Positions 26,191 to 38,508 of a stretch of 64,000 nt of DNA are shown in pieces (positions within the stretch are counted from its first letter, which is position 1; the number at the start of each line of letters is the position of its first letter). Where the stretch lies: assembly GCF_964194155.1 (NCBI RefSeq), contig NC_135881.1, forward strand, positions 156,240,001 to 156,304,000, read 5' to 3'. The notes below the pieces were generated by a model. The model was not told the origin of the DNA and ran no database searches. It saw only the letters and a program-made list of their open reading frames with translations. The stretch comes from Cetorhinus maximus. Taxonomy: Eukaryota. Made by a program: the position numbers and the translations under genes.

Positions 26191-27539
26191 CTGTAAAAAA
26201 AAAGTCAAGGCCAGATTCTCGACAAAATTGAATTTATTTTCCGAGGGCTGTTTTTACACATGGACAACTTTATGTAGCTTTTTCCAGAGAGAGAAGTTTT
26301 TGATTCTGTTCAAGTCTTTGGTGAAGTAATAACTAAAAATCCTGTATTTAAAAAAGCCCTGTTGCAAAAAAGATGCTAATTTGACAGCAAATGTTGTGTG
26401 TTTCTGACAGTTCTCAATGCAAATGGCACCAAACTAGAATGCAGTCCACCGCGTCCATATCTTGAGACTGTTATAGGTAAGACTGTTACAAAAGTGCCAA
26501 GCCAATAACCAGAATAAAGCAGAACTACAGGTAAACTATTAAAACAGCCTCATACAGATACATAAACTCCTTAGATGCCAGCCACTTGTTCTGTATAATC
26601 TTTGACCAGTTGAATTAGACTTGAAATCTGGATTCAGATTTTTTTCTCATCATCATGAACTTTTGTTCAGCTAAGAATGTTGTTGCATGTATTTCAAGTT
26701 CACAATGAAAAAAAGCAATGGATTTAATTGTAATAAATCAGCACACAGTATGTGGGTCTGGCATATACTTGAAAATTTGAAAGGGGAATAAACAACAAAA
26801 AAGGTTAAACTGGTTGGTATGGGAGCTCTTACAGACAGTGCTGAAACCTACAGAGATAAACTGTTACTCCTTTAAGTTGCAACAATGTGTCAGAGATAAC
26901 AAGTCAGAAAACATGCTGAGCCATTGCTTAGATAACTCCAATGACAGACAAATGAATGTCCCCAATGATTGTCCCATCTTTGGAATAGTAAATGAGTTAT
27001 ACAGACTGGATCTCCAACGCTTCAACATGGCTTACATCAAGTCAGAGATTCCGCTGTACTCAACTTCAGTTCCCAACCTGAGCAACATGGCCTGCTTGAG
27101 GTGACACCCCTTCCCAAGGTCTAATTAACACTCTGGTCCTTAGGGACAGCCTTCTGTCTCACGAGACAATAGTTTGCACCATGGTGGTCAACCCTGTTTT
27201 CAACATCAACAACAACATCAGGAGCCCCACTCAGGTTTGGTAGTCTCTGCCGCATTTGTTGCAGAGGAAGACAGTGGGCTGACAAGGTGCAAGAATTGCT
27301 AGCCTCTGTTTTCTCTAGGTCCTCTCTCGGCCAGCTGAGCTTTCCATTTCTGTTCGCCTCTTCCAGTGCCCCTCCAAACAAACAGTCAGCCTCCAGAGGC
27401 CACAGCTGTCAGCGACTGTCTCCCAGTTATCAGTGTCAATGTTCACTATCTTCATATCTCACTTGCAAGTGTCCTTGCAGCAGAGGTATGGACATTGAGC
27501 AGGTTGTGATCCAGTGGCCAGATGATCCTACAGTACTCA

Positions 27540-27830
27540 AACACAAAAATCAATGCTGACACTCCAGTGCTGACGATTTTCGGGGCGAGACATTAAACAA
27601 AGGCTTCCTCTGCCCTCTCAAGTGGATGCAAAAGATCCCCCTGCACTATTTTTTAAAGGCAGGGAAGTTATCCCTGGTGGCTTGCCCAATATTTATCCCT
27701 CAATCAATATTACAAAAATAGTTATCGGGTGTGCAAATTGGCTGCCGACTTTTCTACATTCCAGAAGTGACTGCACTTCAAATGTACCTCACTGGGGCTC
27801 CCTGAAAGATGCCATAAGACTACAAGAACT
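27540..27830 (+). mobile_element. Deu-domain SINE (SacSINE1/AmnSINE1-like), decayed
   Basis: gctgacactccagtgc...gtggatgcaaaagatccc...aatatttatccctcaa...tgtgcaaattggctgcc matches the DeuSINE body as I recall it. Confidence 0.75.
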
Positions 27831-27914
27831 TAATTTTCCAACAGGATAAACACTTGAACTGTACCAACTTATCTGAAAATGCAGATGATAATTTAAAGTA
27901 AGTAGCACTGAATC

Positions 27915-30330
27915 TAGCTCAACCGAGTACTGCTACAACAGAGTACACAACTCGGGGAATTTGGTGAGTGAGGGAATTCGGCAGCGAGGGAAGAGGTGCT
28001 GTTCTGGTCTTTTACAAAACAAGGAGCTGTCTGAGAGAGGAAGCAGGAAATAGCAAGACCTGGCAGCAGTAGTGACAGTGGTAAATCAGAACAGGGAAGA
28101 GGGGATCTCTGATGTTGTTTTCCAAAAATCAAGGAGTGACATTATAGGATTGCAAGCAGGAGATTGGTTAGTGATATATTAACGTGTTTTTTTTCCTCTC
28201 TAAACCAGGGTGGTGGTTTAAACTAGCATGGGAACGCTATGAAGTATTGGATTAAATTCATAGCTTAGCTTAATTAATAAAATTTCAAATCAAGGTAAGT
28301 ACAACTGTAAGTGAATTAATAAGTATTAGCACAGCAGATCTAAATGCATGAATTAAAATGAATAGTTTATACAAAATAGAGCTTTAACTGGAAACTTAAA
28401 CTAATTAATTTATTAAAAAAAAAGGGAAGAAATTATTTCTTAAATCATGGATGGAAAACGGAAACCTGTGGCTTGCAATTCCTTTGCCAAGTGGGAACTT
28501 CAGGACAGATCGTATACCTCGGGGACCACATGTGTATGAAGTGTCTCCTGATGCTTAAGCCTACGCCCAGGATTTCCAAGCTGGAGGGCTAGCTGGAGCC
28601 ACTGCAGAGCATCAGGGAGGACAAGAGCTTTGTGGATCATATGTTTCGGGAGGTGATCATTCCACAGGTAGAGAGGGTTCAGAATAGTGGATGGGTGGAC
28701 ATCCAGAAGAGTAGGAAGAGGCAGGAGATACAAGAGTCTTCGAAATGTGTGCTATTCTCAAACCGGTATTTAGCTTTGAAAACTGCTGAGAGTGATAACA
28801 TCCTGAAGGAGTACAGACCAGGCCATGGCATTCAAGGGCAAGAGGATGCACAGGAGCCAGAGAGTCATTTACAGCACAGAAGTAGGCAATTCAGCTCAAG
28901 TCCATGTTGGCTCTCCACAGAGCAATCCAATCAGTCCCACTTCCCTGCTCAATCCCCATAGCCCCACAAGTTTATTTCCTCCAACTGCCTATCCAATTTC
29001 TTTTTGAAATCATTAATTGATTCCCCTTCCACCATCCTCACAGGTGGAGAGTTGCAGGCCATTACCACTTGCTGCAGAAAAAGTTCTTCCTCACATTGTC
29101 CCTGCATCTCTTGCCCAAAACCTTAAATTTGTGTCCCGTAGTCCTTGTACTATCAGCTAATGGGAGCAGTTTTTCCTTGCCATAATCTAGTACACTTTTA
29201 TCTAACCACCCCTCAGGTCTTCTTTGCTCCATGAGGAACAACTCCAGCTTTTCAAACATAACCTTGCAACTAAAATTCCCCACCAAAACCACTCTCTAAA
29301 TCTCCTCTGCACCCTCTCATCCCTTCCTAAAAAGTGTGATAATTGAAACTGAACATAATACTCTAGTTGTGGCCTAACCAAGGCTTTAAAGATTCAGTAT
29401 AACTTCCCTGCTTTTGTACTCAATGCCTCTATTTATGAAGCCCAAGAACCCATAAAATTTGCTAATTACTCTGTCAATATGTCCCACGACCTTCAAAAGA
29501 TTGATGCACATGCACCCACAGGTCCTGCTGTTCCTGAATATTCTTTAGAATTGTGCCATTAAATCTATATTGCCTCTCCCCATCACTTCTGCCAAAATGC
29601 ATCACCTCGCACTTCTCTGTATCCATTCGCCACTTATCTGCCCATTCTGCTGGCTTATATATGTTGTATTGCAGGCAATTTGTACTACCCTTACTGTTTG
29701 CCATTCCTCCAAGTTTGGTATTATTGACAAATTTTGAAATTCTAATCTGTATTCCAAGATACAAGACACATAGGTCTATCAAAAAAAAAGTGGTTCTAGC
29801 ACTGACAGGAGGAAAATAGCAAACAGTAGAGATGCAGTTGTTCTAGGAGATTCCATAGTTCCAGGCACAGACATTTCTGCAACCATCATCATGAGTCCCA
29901 TTTGGTGTGTTGCATCCCTGGTGCCAGGATAAAGGACATTGCAGAGAGTCTGCAGTGTGAAAGCAATGAGCTAGAGCTTGTGGCAGACATTGATACCAAT
30001 GACAGAAAGGGCAAGATTTGAGGGCCAACGGCCAGATTTTTTCTTTAGGAGCAAGGGAGGAAGTTTAAAAAGTGGGATCTCAAAGGTAGTAATCCCTGGA
30101 TTGCTCCCAGTGTCACACGCTAGCAAGAACAGAAATAGGAAGTTAGGGAGGATCAATGCCTGGCTTGCAGCATGGTGCAGGAAGGAAGGTTTCAGATTCT
30201 TGGGGCATTGGGACCAGTTCTGGGGCAAGAGGCACCTATTCAAAAGGGACAGGCTACACCTCAAAGGACTGGGACCAACATCCTTGAGGGGAAGTTCACT
30301 AGTGCAGTAAGGGAGAGCGTAACCTAAATT
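27915..30330 (+). mobile_element. CR1 5' UTR and ORF1 (esterase-like), split by another CR1
   Basis: SKVVIPGLLPV...INAWL..WCRKEGFRFLGHWDQFWG...FKRDRLHL; 5' part resembles 36170-37200. Confidence 0.8.
28862..29805 (-). mobile_element. CR1 3' fragment nested in the previous CR1
   Basis: ISKFVNNTKLGG, EKCEVMHFGR, GHKFKVLGKR and a CR1 tail. Confidence 0.85.
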
Positions 30331-31559
30331 GGGAACAGTGAAGGAAATGGGACTGACTGGTTTGCTCTATTGAAAGCTAGCATGGACTTGATGGGCCAAA
30401 TGGCCTCCTTCTGTGTCATAATGTGTCTATCACTCTTCTTCAGTTGCTGCCACAACTTCCACAGGTTTGCCCCCAATTCCATCATCCCTGTCTCAAACGG
30501 AGAGAAACAAGAACAAAATTGATCATGGTTTCATAAACTAATTCTTTTGAACACCAAACTCATTAGGGGATTATTAAGGTTTTGCCAGTTATGCAAAGGA
30601 AAACAGTGCTATTACTGTTGACCTAGGTAGGTTGGTGGAATGGGTAAATATATGGCTGGTGAAATTCAACACAGGAAAGCATTTTGGTAGAAAGAATGGG
30701 AAGAGATAATATAAGCTAAATAGTACTATTTTATACAAGGTAGAAGAGAGAGATCTGCAGTTATTTGTTTGCGATTCTTTAAAGGTGGTAGGACAGTTTT
30801 TTTTAAAAAAGCAATTAAAGCAAACGTGATCCTTGGTTTTATATATAGTGGCACAGAATACAAAGCCAGGAAGTTACATAAAACACTTCAGCTCCTGCTG
30901 GAGTATTGCATTTGATTCTGAGCATCACACTTTAGGAAGGATACAAAAGCTGTGGAGAGTGTACAGAAAACAAAAAGGGTTTTTAATGACGTGAATACCA
31001 AATGCAATGTTACATTTCTGATGCTTTGGCTGATAGCACTGCTGATGCTACAGAAGCTCAGAGGAGAAATAATGGTAGCCAGAAGCACCGATGAGGACCA
31101 TACATGCATGTGGACTGACAGGGCGGTAGCTTGGACAGGCTGTATGTGCAGGGGAAGCATGCAGAATGGGCACATTGTGCAACAAATTATATCACATTCT
31201 GCTAATCTGGACCTTGCAGGTCCAGTTAACAAATCCCAGATGAAAATGTTTTCAGTTGCACTGAGAACTCTAGTATTATTTAAAGGGCCAGCAAGTGCTT
31301 TTTACTTACCTTTGCAAGTTTTGTGAAAGTACCGAGATGTGTTCTCAAAGCTGTTTCGATGAAGTCTCCTGCAGCAGTGGAACTCCATGAGCTGGCACGT
31401 CAACTTTCCCTGGCCTACTTGTAGTCCACTCATGCCCAAGTGACTCACCAGATCCTAAACTCAACTCTAAACTAGCCTCCAAGGTATGCACTTCACCAGT
31501 ATCTGACCTGTCAAGTCAAACGATGGTCCTTCTTCATCACTTTATGTCCTGGACAACCA

Positions 31560-34490
31560 CTTGGGCAGAAGTGTCATCAAGAAGAGCTGAAGCTCCAAGT
31601 TGTGGAATATAAGTGGCAGCTGATGCACCCACAAGACTGAAGAGCACTTATCTAGAGGCAGTCACTTCGCAGCATAAGGGTGTGCAGGCAGAGGAGCAAT
31701 GCGTGATTGTCAGACAGTCAGGCAGGAGCAGGCGGGTAATGCAGGAGCTCTGAGTGCATCCTGTCCTTTAACCAGTATTCAATTCTGGATACTTGTGAAG
31801 ACCATGGTTCTGAGAGTGCAGCGACAGCCAAATCCATGATATCACTGCTGACACAGGAGAAAGATTGGGAAATCAACACGGATAGCAAATTCTATACTTC
31901 GAGAAATAGATGGGAGCTTCTGTGGTCGCAGACACTAATCCAGGATGGAACATTACTTCACCGGTGTCAGGGTCAAGGACGTCACTAAGCAGCTGCAGAA
32001 CACTGAGGGAGTGCGCAAGAAGTTGTGGTCCATATCGGTACCAACGATGCAACAAGATAGATGGATGAGATTCCGCAAGCAGATTTTAAGAAGCTAGGAA
32101 AGAGACTGACAAGCAGGGCCTCAAAAGGTAGTAATCTCCAGATTACTCCAGGTGCCACATGCTAATAAGTACTGAAATAGGAGGATAAAGGAGATGAATG
32201 CATGGCTGGAGAGATGATGCAGGAGGGACAGTTTTAATTCTTGGGACATTGAGATTGGTTCTGGGGGATGGATTGCGCCTAAACAGAGCCGGGACTAATG
32301 TCCTTGCGGGGTGGTTAGGGCTGGGTATTGGGAACCAGGATGTAACATTAGGAAGTATAAACAAGGTTCACAAAGAATTGGGAGAAGCAGATACCACTTG
32401 AGTTAAAAAATTAAGATGGGGGCCAGACTAAGATGCAATAAGTTAGGTTTACAATGTATGTATCTAAATGCACAAAGCATGGTAAAGAAAGATTGGTGAG
32501 CTGCAGTTGCAAATAGTCACATGTGAATACAACGTTGTGGTGACAATGGAGACCTGGCTCAAAAAATGGCAGGAATAGGTACTAAAAATCCCTGGATACA
32601 AGGTGGTGTTCAGAAAAGACCAGGAAGGAAAGAAAAGATGAGGTGGCTGTAATGAGTAAGGAAAATATTACAGTGCTAGAGAGAGAGAGATGATGCAAGA
32701 GAAAAAAAAAGAGGGGGCATATGACAGGTGTCAGGTTGATAATATAAAAGTGAGAACCAAGCTGAATATCAAATGTTCAGAGGGGAAGAGAAAAGAAAAC
32801 TGGCGGCAAAGAGAGAGAATGACAGCTAATATAAAAAAGGAATACAAAAGTCTTCTATAAACATATAAATAGTAAAGAGGTAGGAAGAGGAGGAGATGTA
32901 GGGCAGATTAGGGACCAAAAAGGTCTAAGCAGAGGCAGAAAGCATGACTGAGGTGATAAATCGTTACCCAGGAACAGGACACTTCCAAAAATCAGTGAAA
33001 GAGGGCTAAAAATTGATAAAGAAAGAATGGACATTAGAAAGATTGGCAGTACTTAAAGTTGATAAGTTACCAGGACTGGATCGGATGCATCCTAGGGTGC
33101 TGAGAGAAGCAAGGATGTAAATTGCGGAGGTACTGGCCATAATCTTCCAATCTGAGGTGCTGGTGCCAGAGGGCTGGAGAATTCCAAATAGGGTGTAAGG
33201 TTAAGCCCAACAGCTACAGGCTATTCAGTGTAAGCTTGGTGGTGCAAAAGCTTTTAAAGACAGCAATACAGGATAAAATTAAGTCACTTGGATAAATATG
33301 GATTATTTAGGGAAAGCCAGGGCAGATTTGTTAAAAGTCCGTCATGGTTATCTAACTTAATTGAATTCTTTGATGAAGAACAAATATGGTTGGTGTGGTG
33401 AAAATGTACCTCTAAAAGGCATTTGATAAAGTGCAAGCAAAGTTGAAGCCATAGAATTCAAGGAGAAGTTTCAGGATGGATACAAAGTTTGCATAGTGGC
33501 AGGAAAGAGACAGTAGTGGTGAATGGTTGTTTTGCAGATGGAGGCAAGTATAGAGTGGGGTACCCCAAGGATCGCTACTAGGACCACTGCTTTTCTACAC
33601 TTGGGAAAGAGGACACAATTGCAAAATTTGCAGATGACACAAAAGTTGGAAGTATGGTGAACGGAGAGGATTGAGATAGACTTCAAGTGGACATAGGCTG
33701 GTGGATTGGGCAGACACATGGCAGATGAATTTAATTGCAGAGTAGTGTGAAGTGGTACATTTTGATAGGAAGAATAAAGAATAAATTGTGTCCTTTATAA
33801 AATAAAGGACACAATTCTAAACAGGGTGCAGGAACAGAAAGGCCTGGGGATATCTGTGCAAAAATCATTGAAGGTGGCAGGGTAGGTTGAGAAAATGGTT
33901 AAAAGGCATGTAGGATCCTGGGGTTTAAAAATAGAGATTGAGATATCGAACACAAAAGGATGACAATGTACCTTCATAAAACACTTTAGGATGTGAAGGC
34001 TTTAGAGATGATGCAGAAAAGATTTTCAGGGATGAGGGACTTGAATTACACAGATAGATGGGAAGAAATTTTGTTAGTTCTCCCTAGAGAAGGTTGAGAG
34101 GAGGTTTGATAGAGGTGCTCAAAATTATGAAGGGTCTGGGCAGAGTAGACAAAGAGAAGCTATTCCCATTAGTGGAAGAATCAAAGCAGATTCGTTGGCT
34201 AAAGAACGAAAGGTGACAAGAGGAAAGGTTTTTTTTTTAAATGCAGTGGGTAGATAGGATCTGGAATGTGTGTGTAGTGGGTCAGATTCAAATCAAAACT
34301 TTCAAAAGAGAATGGGATCAGCACCTGCAGAGAAACAAACAAACAAAATCTGCAGGGCCACAGAGGTGGGCAAGTGGCACTAGCCAAATTGTTCTTGCAG
34401 AGAGCTGGCATGAACATGATCTTATTGAATGGCGGAGCAGGCTTGAGAGGCTGAATGGCCTACTCCTGCTCCTGATTCGTATGTTCATAT
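31560..34490 (+). mobile_element. Degenerate, internally deleted CR1 LINE
   Basis: HIGTND (ORF1), YLNAQS and ETWL (endonuclease), KFADDTK (RT) and a 3' tail. Confidence 0.85.
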
Positions 34491-34965
34491 CAGGAGGTGT
34501 TGTGCTGCTCTTGCCCTTCCTCATGGGATAATCGTGCCCCTTGGCTGAAAATGGGAATACACAAATTCTCCCCTCTTTGTATTTTAAAAACTCTAATAAC
34601 TACTTCACACTTTCAATGGCACGGTAAAGAGAGTGTATGAGGACAAGGTGGTGCTGGACAGAGGCTGATATTTCCTGAATATAGGAACAGGAGGTGGCCA
34701 TTTAGCCCTTTAAGCCTATTCTACCATTCAAGAAGATCACAGCTGATCTGTGACCCAACTCCATACCTGCCTTTGCCTCATATTCCTTAATACAGTTTTT
34801 AACAAATATCAGTTTTAAAGTTAACTGATGTAGCCTAATTGCTATTTGTGGGGGAGTGTTTCAAATTTCCCCTGCCATATGTCTGTATGTCTGCCATATG
34901 TCCACTCCTGAAAGGTCTAGCTATAATTTTTAGACCATGCTCCCAGCAGAAATAGTTTCTATCTA

Positions 34966-35155
34966 TCTTTCGGCTTTTTCCATGTTACATGGGGTCATCA
35001 ATGCTGGCTGATCATTTTCATATCAACCAGAACTTTTTTTTGGGTTTAGTAGGGGGTTTTACAGCCAGATGCCCTTCCTGACACTAACCTTTCCCATTTA
35101 TTCAGACTGTGGACTGACACCAATACATGTCATCTTGCCTGCACCAGTACCTGGG
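34966..35155 (-). mobile_element. Short SINE-like insertion (MetaSINE-like core) inside a CR1 tail
   Basis: 9-bp TSD ttctatcta (34957-34965, 35156-35164); minus strand has gtcaggaagggcatctggctgtaaaa; the family name is from memory. Confidence 0.55.
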
Positions 35156-35674
35156 TTCTATCTACCCTATCTATTAGGATATTAATATCTTGGAAGACTT
35201 TGATACACAGGTGAATGACCTGCATTTTATAACAGGAATATACTGCCTTCCCAGTAAGCAGCAATTTTAAAAAGTTTTTCATGTCATATACACCACAAAA
35301 AAGGCTTCAGGGAGCAAAGAATAAATTGGACTAAAATTCTCTAACAGGTGGAATGTTCAGTCAAACTAAACGGATTTAAAGTGTTCTCATTCAGCATGAC
35401 ATTTTAAATCTGTAAATACTTCCACTTACTTTAAAGTGCAGATTATATCTATCACACAATAACTGCAAGTTTCTCACACTTACTGAAGAACATATATAAA
35501 AACAGAAATAATGGATACATTATGAGATACAGATACAGAATGTTTTTAAGACCACAAAATTCACATGGTGGCTATGAAATATTTAAGTGTTCTTATGAAC
35601 CAATGATGTCATTTGAACCCATCAATAAGCTTATCGCCTCCTAATTACACATGGGTATCCACTAGACTCTTTAC

Positions 35675-35727
35675 AATTTCAACAGTTGCAGCAGCTGTTG
35701 GTCTGGCATCGTACTTGCATCACAGAT
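35675..35727 (-). CDS. Candidate internal exon of the same gene (ICDASTMPDQQLLQLLK + 2 nt)
   Basis: Acceptor gtccattcactAG, 53 nt, phase 0 in and phase 2 out, moderate donor TT|GTAAAG; phases fit both neighbouring exons. Confidence 0.5.
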
Positions 35728-36391
35728 CTAGTGAATGGACATATATTGAGTAAAGAACACAGTGTTAACCTCAGTCTCTCTTTACATTTCTCTCCGCTGT
35801 CCCACACATGCCCACAACTTTGGAAGAGACTGACTCTCAAGTTACTTAGCCCTGCACTCAAATTCCCACAATATAGTCTTTGGCCTTCAATTCATCATGA
35901 AATCTTGGACAGCTATCAATTTGCTAAAATCATACCCTCGCCATCTTGGCTGCTCTTGTCCCCAGCAGAGCTAATACTCTCTTGCCCTAATTATTCCCCA
36001 GAATATTCCTCATCACAACTCCCTGAAGTCTAAGGGGTGCAGACTTGAATGCCTTTCATGAGCAATTGATTTAACTATTCTAACTAACTACATCACTTAA
36101 ATGCTCCCCATCACTAAAACCACCCACTATTTAAAGATCATCCAGGAATTCAAAAAAATAAGGGACCGAGTGAAACTGCAGTGGATAAAAGGAGCAGCAG
36201 CAGAGCAGGTCTGAGGCAGGAGCAGCTGGAACCGAGAAGGACTGAAGGGGATAAAAAGAATGGTGGCAGGGCAGGCCCAAGACCAAAACAAGTGTGAACT
36301 CAGCGGGACAGAAGGGAATAAAAACTAGAGGTTGGGAGTGGAGAACCGCTTTTGAAGAAAGGCAAGTGATGGCTGGCGAGGATTTCCCTTT

Positions 36392-36562
36392 CGGCCCCTA
36401 TCGAGCTTTACCTGTCCCACCCCCCTCTACCAGCTTATATTTCATCTCATTTCTATATTTCTTAGTTCTGATGAAGGGTCATACGAACTCGAAACGTCAA
36501 CTGTATCCCTCTCCGCAGATGCTGTCAGACCTGCTGAATTTTTCCAGGTATTTTTGTTTTTG
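36392..36562 (+). mobile_element. 171-bp PLE pLTR-only insertion
   Basis: 9-bp TSD tttcccttt (36383-36391, 36563-36571); homologous to 18870-19010. Confidence 0.85.
36463..36503 (+). ncRNA. Minimal type I hammerhead ribozyme, canonical CUGAUGA core
   Basis: tagtt-CTGATGA-A-GGGT-catacga-ACTC-GAA-ACGT-C-aactg; predicted GUC cleavage after 36498. Confidence 0.85.
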
Positions 36563-38508
36563 TTTCCCTTTTTCCTGTTTTTCTCTCTCCAAGTTAGGGC
36601 ATTGGTTTAAACTAGAAGCCGGAAAATAAAAATTTCAATTGGAGTATCTATAACAGTAATGATTTAATAATGAGTATTAGTACAGAGCAGGTCTAGAGGG
36701 ATAATTAAAAATAATGGCTTAAACAAGATACTCACTAGACGCTAAAAAGAGGAAGAGAGATTTGTTTCTCGATCATGGATGGGCAGCAGAGATCTGTTGC
36801 TTGCAATTCCGGCACTAGGTGGGAACTTCAGGACACCATATATCTTGGAGGACCACCCGAATAGAAAAAATGTCTCCAGTTGCTTGAGCTCAAGCTCAGG
36901 ACTTCTGAGCTTGAGGGGCAGCTAGAGTCACCATGGCACATCAACAAGGCTGAAAGTTTCCTGGATTAGACATTCCGGGAGGTGACTGCCCCACAGACCT
37001 GAGGATAGGAGATGGGTGGGCATCTGGAAGAACTGCAGGAGTCTTTGGGGCATGTGCCAGCCCCAGAGTGGCACTCAGCACTGAAGAATGCTGGGAGAAA
37101 TGACACCTTGAAGGAATACAGTCCAGCCCAAGACATCAATAGAAAGGGGAGTGCACAGGAGGGAGCAGTACAGTAAAGAAATGCTGTCACTATAGGAGAT
37201 TCCACAGTTTAGGGGTTGGACAGGAATTTATGTAATGGTCATCACTAGTCCTGCATGGTGTACTGCTTCCCTGCAACTGATGGCATTCTACAGGCCGCAC
37301 AAGAGCAAGCATCACAGGTGTGCAATAACTATACAGGTGGCAATACTAGAGGACTTTAAATACCCAAGTATCAATTAGGATAATGGTAGAGTATAGAGAA
37401 AGGAGGGGGAGGAATTTCTTAAATGTGTTACTGGATCTGGCACTGAGAAATGAGGTGGGCCAAGTGGATCAAGTGTCTGTGGGAAAACAGTGATCATTAT
37501 ATCATTCAGTTTAGATTATGCTTGGTCCTTTCCATTACTAATTTAAGCTAAAGTTTCTTAACTGGATGAGGGCTAACTTCAATGGGATGAGAAAGGATCT
37601 AGGCAGGGTAAAATGGAACCAAAGACTGACAGAAAAAACTGTAACAGAACAATGAGTGATCTTAAGAGGAGATGTTTCAGGGACAGGCTAGGTATATTTC
37701 AGCAAGAGTGAAAGGTAATGGAACCAAAGCCTTGGATGAATGGGAGATGGAGAATATAATGAAACAACAAAACAGGATGTATGATGCATGTCAGGTGAAT
37801 TCTTCACATGAGAAGCAGATCAAATGCAAGTCGAGAGGGGAAAGTGGAAATAAGACTGGCAAGAATGAATGAGAATATAATGGCAGTTAACATAACAGGG
37901 ACCCCCAAAAAATCTTCTACTGGGATGTAATATGTCAGTGGGTGGTGAGGTCCATCAGGGACAAAAAGGATGTTATATGCTTATGTTTAGAGGTACAGGC
38001 AAAGCCAAAATACTTAGAGTACTTTGCATCAGTGTTGACTAAGGAAGAGGATGCTGGATGCTTAAAAAAAATATCAATAGAAGCAAAGATGGTAGAGCTA
38101 ACAGATCAACTGAAATTGATAGCAGGATGTACTGGGAAAGTGGACAATGCTTAGAATGAATAAATCACCCAGTCTGGAGGGCTTGTATCTCAGGTTGTCA
38201 AGAGATAGCAAGAGGGCTTGCCATAATCTTCCAATCTTCCCTAGATATGGGATAGGTGCCAGGGGATTTGAAAGTCACATGAGTGTACAAGGACATTTCT
38301 AGTAACTAAAATGTAGCTCAGTTTAGCATCAGTGGCAGGTAAGGTTTTAAAAACAATAATCAGAGAAAAAGAAATCAACAGGCAATGAGTTAATTAAGGA
38401 GAGCCTGCATAGATTTATAGAAGGCAGATCATGCTTGACAAATCTAATCACATTTCTTGATGAAGGGAATTCAAAAGATGATATCTAGCAACTGTTTTAT
38501 GAAGTACC

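Noticed and set aside
35430-35482. Second exon-like 53-nt segment with a strong acceptor and donor (SVRNLQLLCDRYNLHFK in one frame)
   Set aside because: The open frame needs a phase 1 entry; after the phase 2 exon it reads FKCEKLAVIV then stop. At most a poison or alternative exon
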